DNA of 64,000 bases, from the NCBI RefSeq assembly GCF_006345805.1, contig NC_043014.1, positions 2,604,001 through 2,668,000 of the forward strand. The letters are read 5' to 3'. The notes under the pieces were generated by a model that worked only from the letters and a program-made list of their open reading frames with translations, was not told where the DNA came from and did no database searches. Both the position numbers and the translations under genes were made by a program. The stretch comes from Octopus sinensis. Taxonomy: Eukaryota. Shown piece after piece: positions 14,329 through 26,202 of this stretch (position 1 is its first letter; each line of letters begins with the position of its first letter).

Positions 14329-14443
14329 GGCCATCTAAGAGATTGGCTATTGTATAATGGTAACATATTAATTTACAGATAAATTTCCTCTATTTACATA
14401 ATATTGAGGTCTCTTTCTTTCTTTTGTTATCTTACCGTTTTTA

Positions 14444-14478
<35 letters not shown>

Positions 14479-14564
14479 TGTATGCCATTGTCTATATGAA
14501 TTGTCTGCTAACCACAGAAAGATAAAAGATTGTCTCTTACTAACATGCAGATAACATCACAGAG

Positions 14565-14627
<63 letters not shown>

Positions 14628-15039
14628 CACACAGACACACACATATATACGTGGGTGCGTGTGTAGTATATACCCAGAGCAAAAAATGTCAAACAAACAA
14701 AAAAAGCATCAGATATAAACTAACAATTAATTTCAATTAATTGGATTCGATAAAACATTTTTTTTTCAAAAATCATCTCCCCCCCTCCTCTGTTCTTGTT
14801 AAGTTCTAGCAATTTAACATACCAGACTTTACACAAAATAATTCTTTTCTGAAGAATTTACAATGATAATGCGGAGGGGAGGGGAAGAGGGGGGAGATAT
14901 GGGTGGGAGGAAGAGGAGTAACGGGGGGAGGGGGACAAGCTCCTACCCTTCCGGTCAATTACTCAAATAATTTTTTTGTTGTTGATTAAAATGACTTTTA
15001 TTTTGTTATACATACATATATGACTATATATATATATAT

Positions 15040-15071
<32 letters not shown>

Positions 15072-16134
15072 TTTTCTTTTATTCCATTTGTAGTATTTCC
15101 AGAGCAGCAAATTTTGGCCATTATGGAGATGGGGCATCAATGCTTTAAAAATTTTTTTTTCTATTTATTCTTTAAACATTTTTACATTCTTATAATAACT
15201 ACCAATTTTTTTTTTTTGTCCATTTTTGGTAAGCACTTCAATAAGAAGTGATCTGCCATAGTTTCTTTCAGACAGGCAATAACTTTTATCAACTGTTTCC
15301 CTCCTGAAAGAAGGGGGGTGACGATAAAACAAAGTCAACTGAAGTTAAACCACTTCGACTCAAAGACAAACCATAACCCACCCCAAACCCCTGCCTCCAT
15401 GGTAAATATTTCTTCTGAAGTTCTGCCAATTCCAAGAGTATAACAACCTTTCTGCAATATCTATAATACAGATTCGTTTACCATTATTATTATTATTATT
15501 ATTATTGTTGTCATCAGCCATTTTATTTCCAAGGAAACAAGCTTCTGTTTATCTGATGTGTGTGTGTGTTGGTGTGGTCGAGGATGGAGGTAGGGGTGCG
15601 CATGGTCATGATTAAATTGAAATTACAAAATACATGGTTTTCTTAAAAAAATTTACAAAAAAAAAAAAATTAAAAAAAAAAGAAGTTGGTTAGAACTCGT
15701 TTGGAGAACTGGAAGTTTCTGGTTGGTTTATATATTTTTTTATTGTATGTATTATTGTTGTTGTAAGTGGTGGTGGCAATAGTGAAGGGGGAAGGGGTGG
15801 GGGAACGAGCAGCGAAACCGTTTCCCACTTGACGACAACGTCGAAGAAGTCCTCGGAATATTCTCGCGGTTGTCCTGCAGTGATTAGTAACAATAGTAGT
15901 AGTAGTAACAGTTGGTGTTGTGGTTGTAGTAGTATGTCAATGAGCAAATGTGTGCAGACTAATAAGGCAAAATATATAGGTCCTGCACACACACACACAC
16001 AAAAAAAAAGGGATCTGGTATGCAGGACATTCGCTTCTCCACCACCACCATTACCATTATCTCCATCATCACCACCACCACCACCACCACCACCACCATC
16101 ATCATCCTCAGTAGGTTCAATACCAACTTCTAAT

Positions 16135-16199
16135 TTAGTCGTCCCAATCATCGTCCAAATTTTCATCATCATCGCTGTCTTCCTCATCACTTTCACCAT
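16135..16199 (-). CDS. WASL: WASP last coding exon, acidic Arp2/3-binding tail
   Basis: tttttgcag|ATGGT...GACTAA. (D)GESDEEDSDDDENLDDDWDD*: acidic tail with the conserved Trp three residues from the end. Confidence 0.95.
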
Positions 16200-17209
16200 C
16201 TGCAAAAACAAAAAACCAAAAAACAAATGAACAAACAGATTTTTGCGAGGTACATCTTTCTCTTTTTCTTGTTTTCTTTTTTTTACTTGTTTCAGTTCCT
16301 TGACCACTGGACATTTAAAATTTTTTTTGAAAGCCTGGTAGTTAATCTTATTTCTTTACTACCCACAAGGGGCTAAACACAGAGAGGACAAACAAGGACA
16401 GACAAATGTATTAAGTCGATTACATCGACCCCAGTGCGTAACTGGTACTTAATTTATCAACCCCCGAAAGGATGAAAGGTAAGGTCGACCTCGGCGGAAT
16501 TTGAACTCAGAACATAGCGATAGGTGAAATACCTATTTCTTTACTACCCACAAGGGGCTAAACACAGAGAGGACAAACAAGGACAGACAACCGGATTAAG
16601 TCGATTATATTGACCCCAGTGCGTAAATGGTACTTAATTTATCGACCCCCAAAAGGATGAAAGGCAAAGTCGACCTCGGCGGAATTTGAACTCAGAAAGT
16701 AATGGCAGACGAAATACCGCTAAGCATTTCGCCCGGCGGCGTGCTAACGATTCTGCCAGCTCGCTGTCTTCTGTAGTTATTCTCTCTGTATCTTTTGCTG
16801 AACTGCTAAGTTATGAGGACAGAAATGCAGCAACAACCGGTTACGAAATGGTAGTGGGGGACAACACAAACACACAAGCACATGTGAGTGTGTGTGTGTA
16901 TATATCATCATCATCATCATCATCATCCTTTAACGTCCACTTTCCATGCTAGCATGAGTTAGACGATTTTGACTGAGGGCTGGCAACCAGATGGCTGCAC
17001 CAGGCTCCAATCTTGATCTGGCAGAGTTTCTACAGCTGGATACTCTTCCTAATGCCAACCACTCCAAGGGTGTAGTGGGTGCCACTGGCATGGGGGCCAG
17101 TAAGGAAAAGTTGTTAACGATCACGCTTGGATGGTGCCCTTTTACGTGCCACCGGCACAAAAGCCAGTTGGCTACTTTGGCAACGATCACACTCGGATGG
17201 CTGCTCTGG

Positions 17210-17244
<35 letters not shown>

Positions 17245-17247
<3 letters not shown>

Positions 17248-17537
17248 GTGAGTTCGATTCCTGCACCAGGCAGCGTGTTGGGTTCTTGTGCAAGACACTT
17301 TATTTCACATTGCTCCAGTTCACTCAGCTGTAGAAACGAGTTGTGACATCACTGGTGCCAAGCTGTATTGGCCCCTTTGCCTTTCCCTTGGATAACATCA
17401 GTGGCATGGAGAGGGGAGGCTACTATGAACGGGCACCTCGAATGCTGGTCTTCTGTAAGCTTACCTGGACCAGTGCCTTGGAGGGGAACTTTCTGGGTGC
17501 AATCCCATGGTCATTCCTAACCGAAGGGGGTCTTTAG
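17245..17537 (+). mobile_element. 5'-truncated tRNA-derived SINE family E
   Basis: B box GAGTTCGATTCC followed by ttcttgtgcaagacactttatttcac. Related segments near 27130-27245 and 43970-44095(-). Confidence 0.6.
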
Positions 17538-18289
17538 CCTTTGTGTATCTCTTGTTTCAGTCATCAGACAAAGCAAAAACAATCACTTGGGTTATATGTG
17601 ATGCTTTGAGGGCAAATCAAGACGAACGTCTCCAGTCTTCTTATTCTGCCACCCAGAAGGCTAACCCCTGAACAGTACTGACCAACAGACCCTTAAGGGT
17701 GTGGCCAATGAAGGAACCTCTCTATAGTGTTTGCTTGATCCTTGATTTGGCTGTTAGAAAGAGCAGCCATATCCTGCAGAAATCAAACACTGATGTAAAT
17801 GGAAGGACACACTGGACAATGTAGCCCTAGGTAAGAAAAAAGTTGGAAAGGTCATGGCAAGATCATCTTTGATCACAGGTTGGCTGGATCAGGGCTGTTT
17901 GATGGGTGGGGCGGGGCGGAGGGAGGTAAACAAGAACAACAATCACGTCCTCTCCACAACCAACAAAGGAGGGAACCACTACAAGGTCATTCAACCTGCT
18001 AAGAATAGCAGTTAAATCTCCTTCAAATCACAGATGTGTCTTGAAAAAGAGGAAGGACTCCTTGAATATTGTACTCCTAGATGTACTATGCTTCAGAGAG
18101 GGACAGGGCTAGCTGGGAGTGGAACACTTTGATTAGAGCTGACTTCAGAGACTAACTCCTCACCACCGCCATCACATACAGAATCATCATCATCATCATT
18201 TAACGTCCGTTTTCCATGCTAGCATGGGTTGGACGGTTCGGCCAGGGTCTGGTAAGAATAGAAATAAATAAATAGAAAATGTTATTTAC

Positions 18290-18392
18290 CAGATCCTTGC
18301 AAGGTTTTCTTTCTGTTGGCCAGTGCTCGGGACAATGCTCCGACAATTCCAGTGTCCTCAATGCCAGGGGACTGCGGGGTGCCGGCTTCCAC
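18290..18392 (-). CDS. WASL: WASP coding exon, central (C) region of VCA
   Basis: cacttgcag|GTG...TCTG|gtaaat, 103 nt, phase 0-1. VEAGTPQSPGIEDTGIVGALSRALANRKKTLQGS carries the GIVGAL...L..R motif. Confidence 0.94.
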
Positions 18393-18609
18393 CTGCAAGT
18401 GAGAGGAGGAAAGAGTAGAGAGAGAGAGAAATGTAGAGAAAATAATGAGTGGAGTGGAGTAAGTAGGTGGAGTGGAGTGGAATGGATTGAGTGGAGGTGA
18501 TTGGTGAAGAAGGGAAATGTGAGAAAGGCGAGGAAAACATTGAGTGTGAATAACAAGATGGGAAACTGGAATGAAACTGGAGAACCAGGTTTAGAGTAAA
18601 CCAGGATGT

Positions 18610-19076
18610 ACGATCCAGCTGCTGGCTCTGTGGTACAAATGTCTTGCTTAAAAAATTCTGAATTAAAATCTTCCACCAAACCTTAGTCACAATTTATGTT
18701 CTTAATGATATCTTAATCTTCCTAACTTAATGATAACGAAATTTTTTTACTAAATTCTTTGTTATATTTGAAATCAATTGAAAGAAACACAGCATCTTAA
18801 CAGAAATATGGTAACAAAAGGGTTAAAATATATAATAGAGAAACAATTCCTAATCCTTTTGATACCAACCTGGCTGAAACTGCCTCTGACTGAGTACAAA
18901 TGTCTTGTTTTCATAAGTTCTGAATTAAAATCTTCCACCAAACCTTAGTCACAATTTATGTTCCTAAAACTAGCTTAATGATAACGAAGTTATTTTACTA
19001 AATTCTTTGTTATATTTAAAATTAATTGAAAGAAACACAGAGTATCTCAATGGAAATATGGTAACAAAAGGGTTAA
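18610..19076. mobile_element. Same piggyBac-type MITE dimer in the opposite orientation
   Basis: Reverse complement of 1008-1487 including the spacer; units end ggtaacaaaagggTTAA at 18826 and 19076. Confidence 0.75.
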
Positions 19077-19148
19077 GAAAGTTAAAGACACTTTGGATAC
19101 TGTGGTCCTAAATACAGGGTCTGTCTTGAAATAAGACATGATGGTCAC

Positions 19149-19399
19149 CAGGGCCAGCGCTAGTAAGTGTGGGGCCCAATTAGATAATTGTCAATGGGGT
19201 CCTCTACTCTACAAAAACTGAAGATCGATGTTTTATGCTTTGTGCAGTACACCAGTCCTAACCAAAAGGTGTTGAGGGTTTGAGATTCCACCATTAGCCA
19301 CAATGAAATAATAGAAAGTCATCATGGTGTCCTCTGCTCAAGTGTCTGTGTGGGGCCCAATTTGAACATGTCCATCTAATTGGCTTAAAATTAACCCTG
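19149..19399. mobile_element. hAT-type MITE
   Basis: CAGGG...CCCTG termini flanked by a perfect 8-bp duplication ATGGTCAC (19141-19148 and 19400-19407); subterminal gtgtggggcccaatt repeats. Confidence 0.8.
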
Positions 19400-19539
19400 A
19401 TGGTCACTGCTAGACAATCTTTAATCTTAAGCCTATTGAATAAGGACTGACCTGAGCTAAACAAGAGAACAAATGCAAAGGAAAGATAGAGAGAGAAAGA
19501 GAAGAGGTAAAGACAGAAAGGGAGAGAGGTGGAGGTGTG

Positions 19540-19574
<35 letters not shown>

Positions 19575-19628
19575 GGGAGAAAGAGGGAGAGAGAGAGAAA
19601 GAAAGAAAGAAAGCAAGCCATAGGTTAC

Positions 19629-20140
19629 CGGTTTCAAGTTCTTCATGCCAATATTGCGGATCTCACACATGAGGTTGCCTCTCTTGTCCTCAGACGCCGG
19701 CTGCGATGAGCTGTTGGGGGTGACCTTCTTCAGCTGTGCTCCACGATGGATCTCGTCCAGCAGGGCCGATCGATTTGAATCGCCCGAACTCGGCCTGCCA
19801 CCGTCCGGCTCGGACCTTCCGGGTTGGGGTAACGGGGGTAAGCCATGGGACGGCGAGCTGCCGGCATCGCTGCCTTCCACAGACTGCTGCCGCTGCATGG
19901 GGGGTGGCGGAGGAGGGGGCGGCGGTGGAGGGGGAGGAGGGGGAGGCGGCGGAGCGCCAGGAGCCTTTGGGGGAGGCGGGAGGTTGGAGCGTGCTGGCGG
20001 CGGCGGCGGGGGAGCAGTGGTGTTTCGTGTAGGCACTGAACGAGACGGGGGCACGGGAGCTGTGGATCGACTGGGAGGCACGGGTGGTGGCGCAGCTGAC
20101 CTTGCTGGGGTCGGTGGCCCAATATGACGAGGTGGTAGGG
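19629..20140 (-). CDS. WASL: WASP coding exon, proline-rich region and two WH2 motifs
   Basis: ctcctttcag|CCCTA...AAACCG|gtaacc, 512 nt, phase 1-0. Poly-Pro tracts followed by RSALLDEIHRGAQLKKV and RGNLMCEIRNIGMKNLKP(V), two WH2 motifs as in N-WASP. Confidence 0.95.
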
Positions 20141-20366
20141 CTGAAAGGAGAACACACAGAAGATTACACACAAAACATTACTGCTGTATAGGCAACAGTA
20201 CTTTCTCACCACCACTACTACTACTTCCATAACCACTGGCACCAATATCACAACAGATACATACCATTCTCCCACCACTACTGCAACAATAAAAGTACTG
20301 CAAGAGCAGAACTAAACTACCATAATACTCATGACCTGTACACTGCTTAAATAGTGGCAGTGCACT

Positions 20367-20587
20367 GCAACGACACTGGCAGTGCACTCCGGTGGCACTG
20401 GCCGTGCACTGGGGCGACGCTGGCCGTGCACTGGGGCGACGCTGGCCGTGCACTGGGGCGACGCTGGCCGTGCACTGGGGCGACGCTGGCCGTGCACTCC
20501 AGGCGACGCTGGCTGTGCACTCCAGGCGACGCTGGCTGTGCACTCCAGGCGACGCTGGCCATGCACTCCACTCCGGTGACGCCGGCA
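20367..20587. repeat. GC/CpG-rich 22-23-bp minisatellite
   Basis: About 9 copies of gcact(gg|cca)ggcgacgctggc(c|t)gt in the intron upstream of the poly-Pro exon. Confidence 0.9.
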
Positions 20588-21174
20588 GTACAATACAGCG
20601 AACAATCACTTATTTACCCAGATGTCCACCCAGGCAGAAACACATGCACACACCACTCAGACCGTTACTACTCAACCCATAACGAACTCCAAGAATATTT
20701 ACCAGCAGCATCATCACCATCACCACAGTCTATGATCAGATTGTGGTAAGAATGTGTTTCTGATTACATAGAGAGAGAGAGATGCAGATATACACAAACT
20801 ACGCTGAGGCATTTTGCCCCAACATTTTGTGGTGATGGTCAGCTCTTTCTGATCCACACAGAGAAACAGAGGAGAGAGAGGAAGAGAAGAGAGACAGAGA
20901 GATAAAAGAGAGAAGAGAAGAGAAACCCTTACTCTTATTACAAAGGGACAATAATGATGCCGTCTGTCCTCCCCACCTCCACTTACTGTGGGACGGTGGT
21001 CAACTGTTTCTCACTCACACACACACACACACACCCAGAAAGAGAGACACACACACACACACACACACAGAAAGAGACACACACACACAGAAAGAGACAC
21101 ATACACAGAGAAAGACACACACACACACACAAACTGAGTATACTGAGGTAGTTTGTCCCCCGCTCCGTACTTAC

Positions 21175-21352
21175 TGTGTGGTGGGGGCGGCGGATGCTGT
21201 TTCTGGTCCATCTCCTTCTTCACGGCATCGATTCCTCCGTTCTTTTCGACAAAGTCGTAGATGAACGTCAGGGTCTCCTTGTCCACCTCCTGGCTCGACG
21301 CCAGACCAATCGATTCCAGAAGCTGTTTCATGTGTTCTTCCATCTGATTTAT
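21175..21352 (-). CDS. WASL: WASP coding exon, GBD autoinhibitory helices
   Basis: tgttttag|ATA...CACA|gtaagt, 178 nt, phase 0-1. INQMEEHMKQLLESIGLASSQEVDKETLTFIYDFVEKNGGIDAVKKEMDQKQHPPPPPH. The IYDF.E..GG..AVK.E motif retains the regulatory Tyr (WASP Y291 / N-WASP Y256 equivalent). Confidence 0.95.
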
Positions 21353-21378
21353 CTAAAACAACAAGAACATACAGTAGC

Positions 21379-21416
<38 letters not shown>

Positions 21417-22879
21417 CAGTGGAGGAGGAGGAGGAAGAAGAGGGGGACACAAGTGGTGCAAGACATACAACATCATCATCATCATCATCGTTTAACGTCC
21501 GCTTTCCATGCTGGCATGGGTTGGACGGCTTGGCTGGAACCGGTAAACTGGAGAGCTGCCCCAGTGTTGGTCGTGTAGATATTTACCCATTTTCATCTAT
21601 CCACCTACCTATCCACCTACCTATCATCATCATCGTTTAACGTCCGTTCTCCATGCTAGCATGGGTTGGACAGTTCGACCGGGGATCTGGGAAGCCAGAA
21701 GGCTGCACCAGGCTCCAGTCTTATCTGGCAATGTTTCTACAGCTGGATGCCCTTCCTAATCACTACAATAAATCTCAAATATTGCAAAGCCATGCTCTGG
21801 ATTGGATAACACTCTAAATACATCCTGTGTCTTCGTTGTGTAGAGGAAAAAAGGGCAGGGTGGTGTCCCCTTACAAATCATTTCCAGATTTGTTGAACCC
21901 TCACCAGAGAAGCAGTAGTACCCAGCTCCCTTCTTTTACCAACAGCATAGAACATTCACCACATATAGAAAGTTATCCTAAGTTAAGCTAGCACCGTAGT
22001 GGATAGTCTAATTTGCATATTTCTGCATTAGATAACTCATCTTTAACTAAATACATTTTACGCACACACACGTGGAAGTTATTATCAGGGATAATGTTAT
22101 CAAAAACTTAAAGGCATCAAAAACAGTGGGTCCTCCCAAGCATCCTTAGAATACTGTTATACTGGCCTTAATGTTATCAGCCAGTTATTGTTATCTAAAT
22201 AGCTTCCCGTGGAACCTGGGCTGAGTATACCACTTCTACACTTAATATTACACACAAGCAGAATCAGGAAGACAGTGTGCAACCGTGACAAAGCTGGACC
22301 TTTGGAATCATGGTTACAAACCATCCAACAGGCTTCTGTACAGTTTCCGACTGTCCGGTTTTATTTACAAGGCTGGTATTGGCCCAAGGGTGCTGGTGAA
22401 GATCCTTGTGTGTGATGCCATGATATGGGACTAGACATGACACCTCATGGTTGCTCGAATAATTAAGAAGTTTCTTTAGTAACTCTGTGTGAGTATTCTT
22501 TTGTTTTTTTACTTGTTTTAGTCATTTGACTGCAGCCAAGCTGGAGCACTGCCTTTAGTTGAACAAACTGACCCCAGGACTTATTCTTCGTAAACCTAGT
22601 ACTTATTCTATTGGTCTCTTTTGCCAAACTTCTAGGTTATGGGGACATAGACACACCAACAACAGTTGTCAAGGGATGTTGGGGGGACAAACACACACAC
22701 AAATATATACATATGTATAATATACGATGGGCTTCTTTCAGTTTCCATCTACCAAATCCATTCACAAGGCTTTGGTCATCCTGAGGCTATAGTAGAAGAC
22801 ACTTGCCTAAGGTGTCACACAGTGGGACTGAACCCAGAACCATGTGGCTGGGAAGCAGACTTCTTACCACACAGCCCCT

Positions 22880-23193
22880 CCTACACCTATTGAAAAAATT
22901 GGAGACAACAAGAAGGGGTACGGTTGGACATTTAGTTCTAATCCCTACAATTGTTTCCAGGCAACGTAGTCCTCCAGATATGCAGGGAATTGATCAGGCA
23001 ACCGCTACCCTGCATTATGAGAGCTGAACCTACGGAATCAATATTTACATGTCACCTGAGGAAACACAATTAGATTTAATAATGCAGGGAAACGGTTGCA
23101 TGATCAGGTACCTGCATGGCTGGAGAACTACGTTGTGTGGAAACAATTGTAGTGACTAAAAAATAAATGTCCAACCACTCCAATTTTTTTCAA
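22880..23193. repeat. Fold-back element with long inverted arms
   Basis: ttgaaaaaattggag...ggttggacattta...tacaattgtttcca...ctccag...tgcagg is mirrored by cctgca...ctggag...tggaaacaattgtag...aaatgtccaacc...ctccaattttttt. Confidence 0.75.
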
Positions 23194-23337
23194 TTACCTA
23201 TTCACACACGACAGAAGCCCAAATGCAAACCTGGAAGTACACATAATACCACAACTGGATAGTATAGGGTAAATCTGAAGGTGGATGAACTCTATACTGT
23301 ACTACGTTTTTAACACAACATGCCATAACTATATATA

Positions 23338-23378
<41 letters not shown>

Positions 23379-23515
23379 TATATATATATATATAATATAT
23401 ATAAAACAGTTGCAGTGTGGAAGGTGTTTATAAGCCATTTAAGAAACGCACAAAAACCATTAGATTCACTTCAACATTTAAATTTATTTGACGTTGATAT
23501 GCAAGTACATCTCTG

Positions 23516-23566
<51 letters not shown>

Positions 23567-23679
23567 ATATATATACCGGAGTAAACACATAAATGTGAAA
23601 CAAGGTGGAAAAAAGAGTACTCAAATACCAGGAGTAGAGTAATATGCTTTATTTAAAGCAGCAGAAAATTCAACAAAAC

Positions 23680-23717
23680 CTGTTACTCTGAGTTTCACGT
23701 TCCCGTTCGTCAGACAG
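23680..23717 (-). ncRNA. Minimal type-I hammerhead ribozyme motif with canonical core
   Basis: ctgt-CTGACGA-acg ggaa cgt-GAAA-ctcagag-TA-acag. All core nucleotides present, 4-bp stem I, 3-bp stem II with GGAA tetraloop, GUA cleavage triplet. A mutated mirror copy (CCGACGA) lies on + at 23731-23768. Confidence 0.8.
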
Positions 23718-23800
23718 TTTCTAGCAAAAACTGTCCGACGAACGGGAACATGAAACTCAGAGTAACATGTTTTGTTGAATTTTCTGCTGCTTTAAATAAA

Positions 23801-23842
<42 letters not shown>

Positions 23843-25199
23843 TATATATAAAGGTGTTATTATTATACCACTTCCTCTTGTATATTGTTTATCATAAATG
23901 TTGACACCAATCTCTCAGACGATATATATATATATATATGTGTATATGCATGCAGATAGTGTATAGTTTAAACACTATCTCTATATACTTCAGACGGCTG
24001 ATTTGATTTCGCTTCGGAAGTGACACAAGTACCTGACATTGATAAGCCACAGCAATGGCAAAATATGCATCTGTTGCTCAGGGAGTCACTTCTGGGGGGC
24101 GATTTTGTTTCGCACAAGTCTGAATCACACTGTGTTGTTTATTAACACAATATGTCTTTAAAGGTATTTTCCCTAAACAAAAACTGCAGCCTCTCGCTTT
24201 TTAACAACATATATAAATGTTATATTGATAACATTTCTACTAGAGAGTTGCTTTCACTGCATTATTCAAACACACACACACATAAATATCAACAGTTTCT
24301 GGGCTGAGCTAGATTAGGGACTAAAGGCGAAACATAACTGATGATTGTTGGTGTCCCTTTTATCAAATGTGTGTATATATGTTTATGTATATAAATATAT
24401 ATACACAAATATACACACACACAGTTAAAAGAAAATGGAGATATGGCAGTTAATAATTATTATTAACAAATTAGAAGCAACCATCCCTTTACGAGGTTAA
24501 CATATTCTCTAATTAAATTTATATATATATGTATATATGTGTATGTATATATATATACACAAATACACACACACACACACACACAGAGTTAAAAGAAGAA
24601 AATGGGGATATGGCAGTTAATTATTATTATTATTAACAAATTAGAAGCAACCATCCCTTTACGAGGTTAACATATTCTCTAATTAAATTTATATATATAT
24701 ACACTACCTAGAATGTAGACAGTAAAGTATACACACTGTGACAAGTGTATTATACTACAGAGAGGGTACAATATATCTCAAATGACAGCCAAGGAAATGT
24801 TTAGTGACATAACATACATACAGACATGTAGGCCACTACACACATCCACTAAACATACACATCCACACAGATTATACATGGTGACATTACACACACACAG
24901 ATATCTCTCTCACTCACACACATACACAAATAATGAAACAATATTGATTTTTTCCAAATGGTATTTCGTACAAAATCTACATGTAGGATGGTTTTACTAA
25001 CATAGACACATGGACTGAGCCATGGAGACAGAGGAAGGAAGAGAGACAAAGCAAAACACATGAGGACATGGAGGTACAGGTAGATGTAATTAACACTGAA
25101 TCATGGAGACACAGACGTCCTCTAAAGTACACACATAGAGACAGCAGAAGTACTCCAAGGCACAAATAGACATCATGTAATGTAAATTAATACATACAG

Positions 25200-25630
25200 G
25201 TACACACACACACAGAGGACATTTGATAGAAGCAGGCACACACACACATGCTCAAACACACACACACACACACACTGAGGACATTTGATAGAAGCAGGCA
25301 CACACCACACACACATGCTCAAACACACACACACACACACTAAGGACATTTGATAGAAGCAGGCACACACACACACACATGCTCACAAACACACACACAC
25401 TGAGGACATTTGATAGAAGGAAGCACACACACACACAGAGAAACATTTGATAGAAGCAGGCACACACACACACAGAAACATTTGATAGAAGCAGGCGCAC
25501 ACACACACACACACACATACACAGAAACATTTGAGAGAAGCAGGCACACACACACACACACACACATGCTCACAAACACACACACACTGAGGACATTTGA
25601 TAGAAGGAAGCACACAACACACACACACAA
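25200..25630. repeat. Compound minisatellite, acatttgatagaagcagg + (CA)n
   Basis: About 8 copies of the core separated by variable-length CA runs. Confidence 0.9.
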
Positions 25631-25993
25631 GGATAATGGTTAGAATGAGTGAGAGGAGACATCTAAGAAGAGAAAAAAAATGTAGAGAAAGTTGAGAGCG
25701 GAAGGAGTTTTGTGAAAGAAACGGGAGAAGAAAGGATATTCATACAACAACAACAGCAGCAGCAGCAAAATCGGAAAATAAAATCTACTGAAATCAATCA
25801 GGTAGGTAGCAAGCTGTCACCTGGAATGCAATGATGTCACACAAAGGCTAATTGCAATTGGTAGGAAGGTGTTAGTTTAGGGGTTTCATATTGAAATCAT
25901 TGCATAAGAAATCAGTTTCAAAAACACAAACAAAAAATTAAAAATAAAAACAAAAAAAGGGTACCAAACAAACATGAACCAGTAAAATCAACT

Positions 25994-26202
25994 TTAACCC
26001 TTTAGCATTAAAAAGGGCCAGATCTGGTCCAGATATTCTACCTGTTTGATGTTCAAGCTGACCAGATCTAGCCTCTCACACTTACCCTACAATGTCATTG
26101 TAAAAATGAACAATCACATCGTCAGACTCTCGGAGTTATGAGATAATCCAGAATTAATTTCAAAGCAACGTGAAACAGATAATCCGAATGCTAAAGGGTT
26201 AA
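25994..26202. mobile_element. piggyBac-type MITE, second family
   Basis: Perfect 16-bp inverted ends TTAACCCTTTAGCATT / AATGCTAAAGGGTTAA. Related copies at about 45549-45771 and, split by later SINE insertions, about 4040-4496, 8162-8753 and 40740-41359. Confidence 0.8.

Larger units (their letters stand above)
13635..16134 (-). other. WASL: Probable ~2.5 kb WASP 3' UTR; 3' end uncertain
   Basis: SINE-free, U-rich stretch after the stop. Minus-strand AATAAA near 14102-14107, and an ATTAAA cluster near 13655-13665 followed by GT/T-rich downstream sequence. Confidence 0.45.

Noticed and set aside
15690-16307. 205-aa minus-strand and 133-aa plus-strand ORFs
   Set aside because: They overlap the WASP last exon and UTR in the wrong frame or strand and are driven by (CCA)n and (TAG)n repeats.
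19645-20127. Gly-rich plus-strand ORFs
   Set aside because: They are the antisense shadow of the GC-rich poly-Pro exon.
20367-20587. Regular short repeats resembling a CRISPR array; overlapping ORFs in all frames
   Set aside because: Head-to-tail units with no unique spacers, no cas genes, inside a eukaryotic intron. It is a minisatellite and the ORFs are by-products.
20986-21002. Possible 17-nt microexon (cag|TTGACCACCGTCCCACA|gtaagt) on the minus strand
   Set aside because: It would shift the frame between phase-1 neighbours and has no pyrimidine tract.
25200-25630. Constant repeat separated by variable sequence; Cys/Val-rich ORFs
   Set aside because: The apparent spacers are only (CA)n runs, and the ORFs are microsatellite translations.
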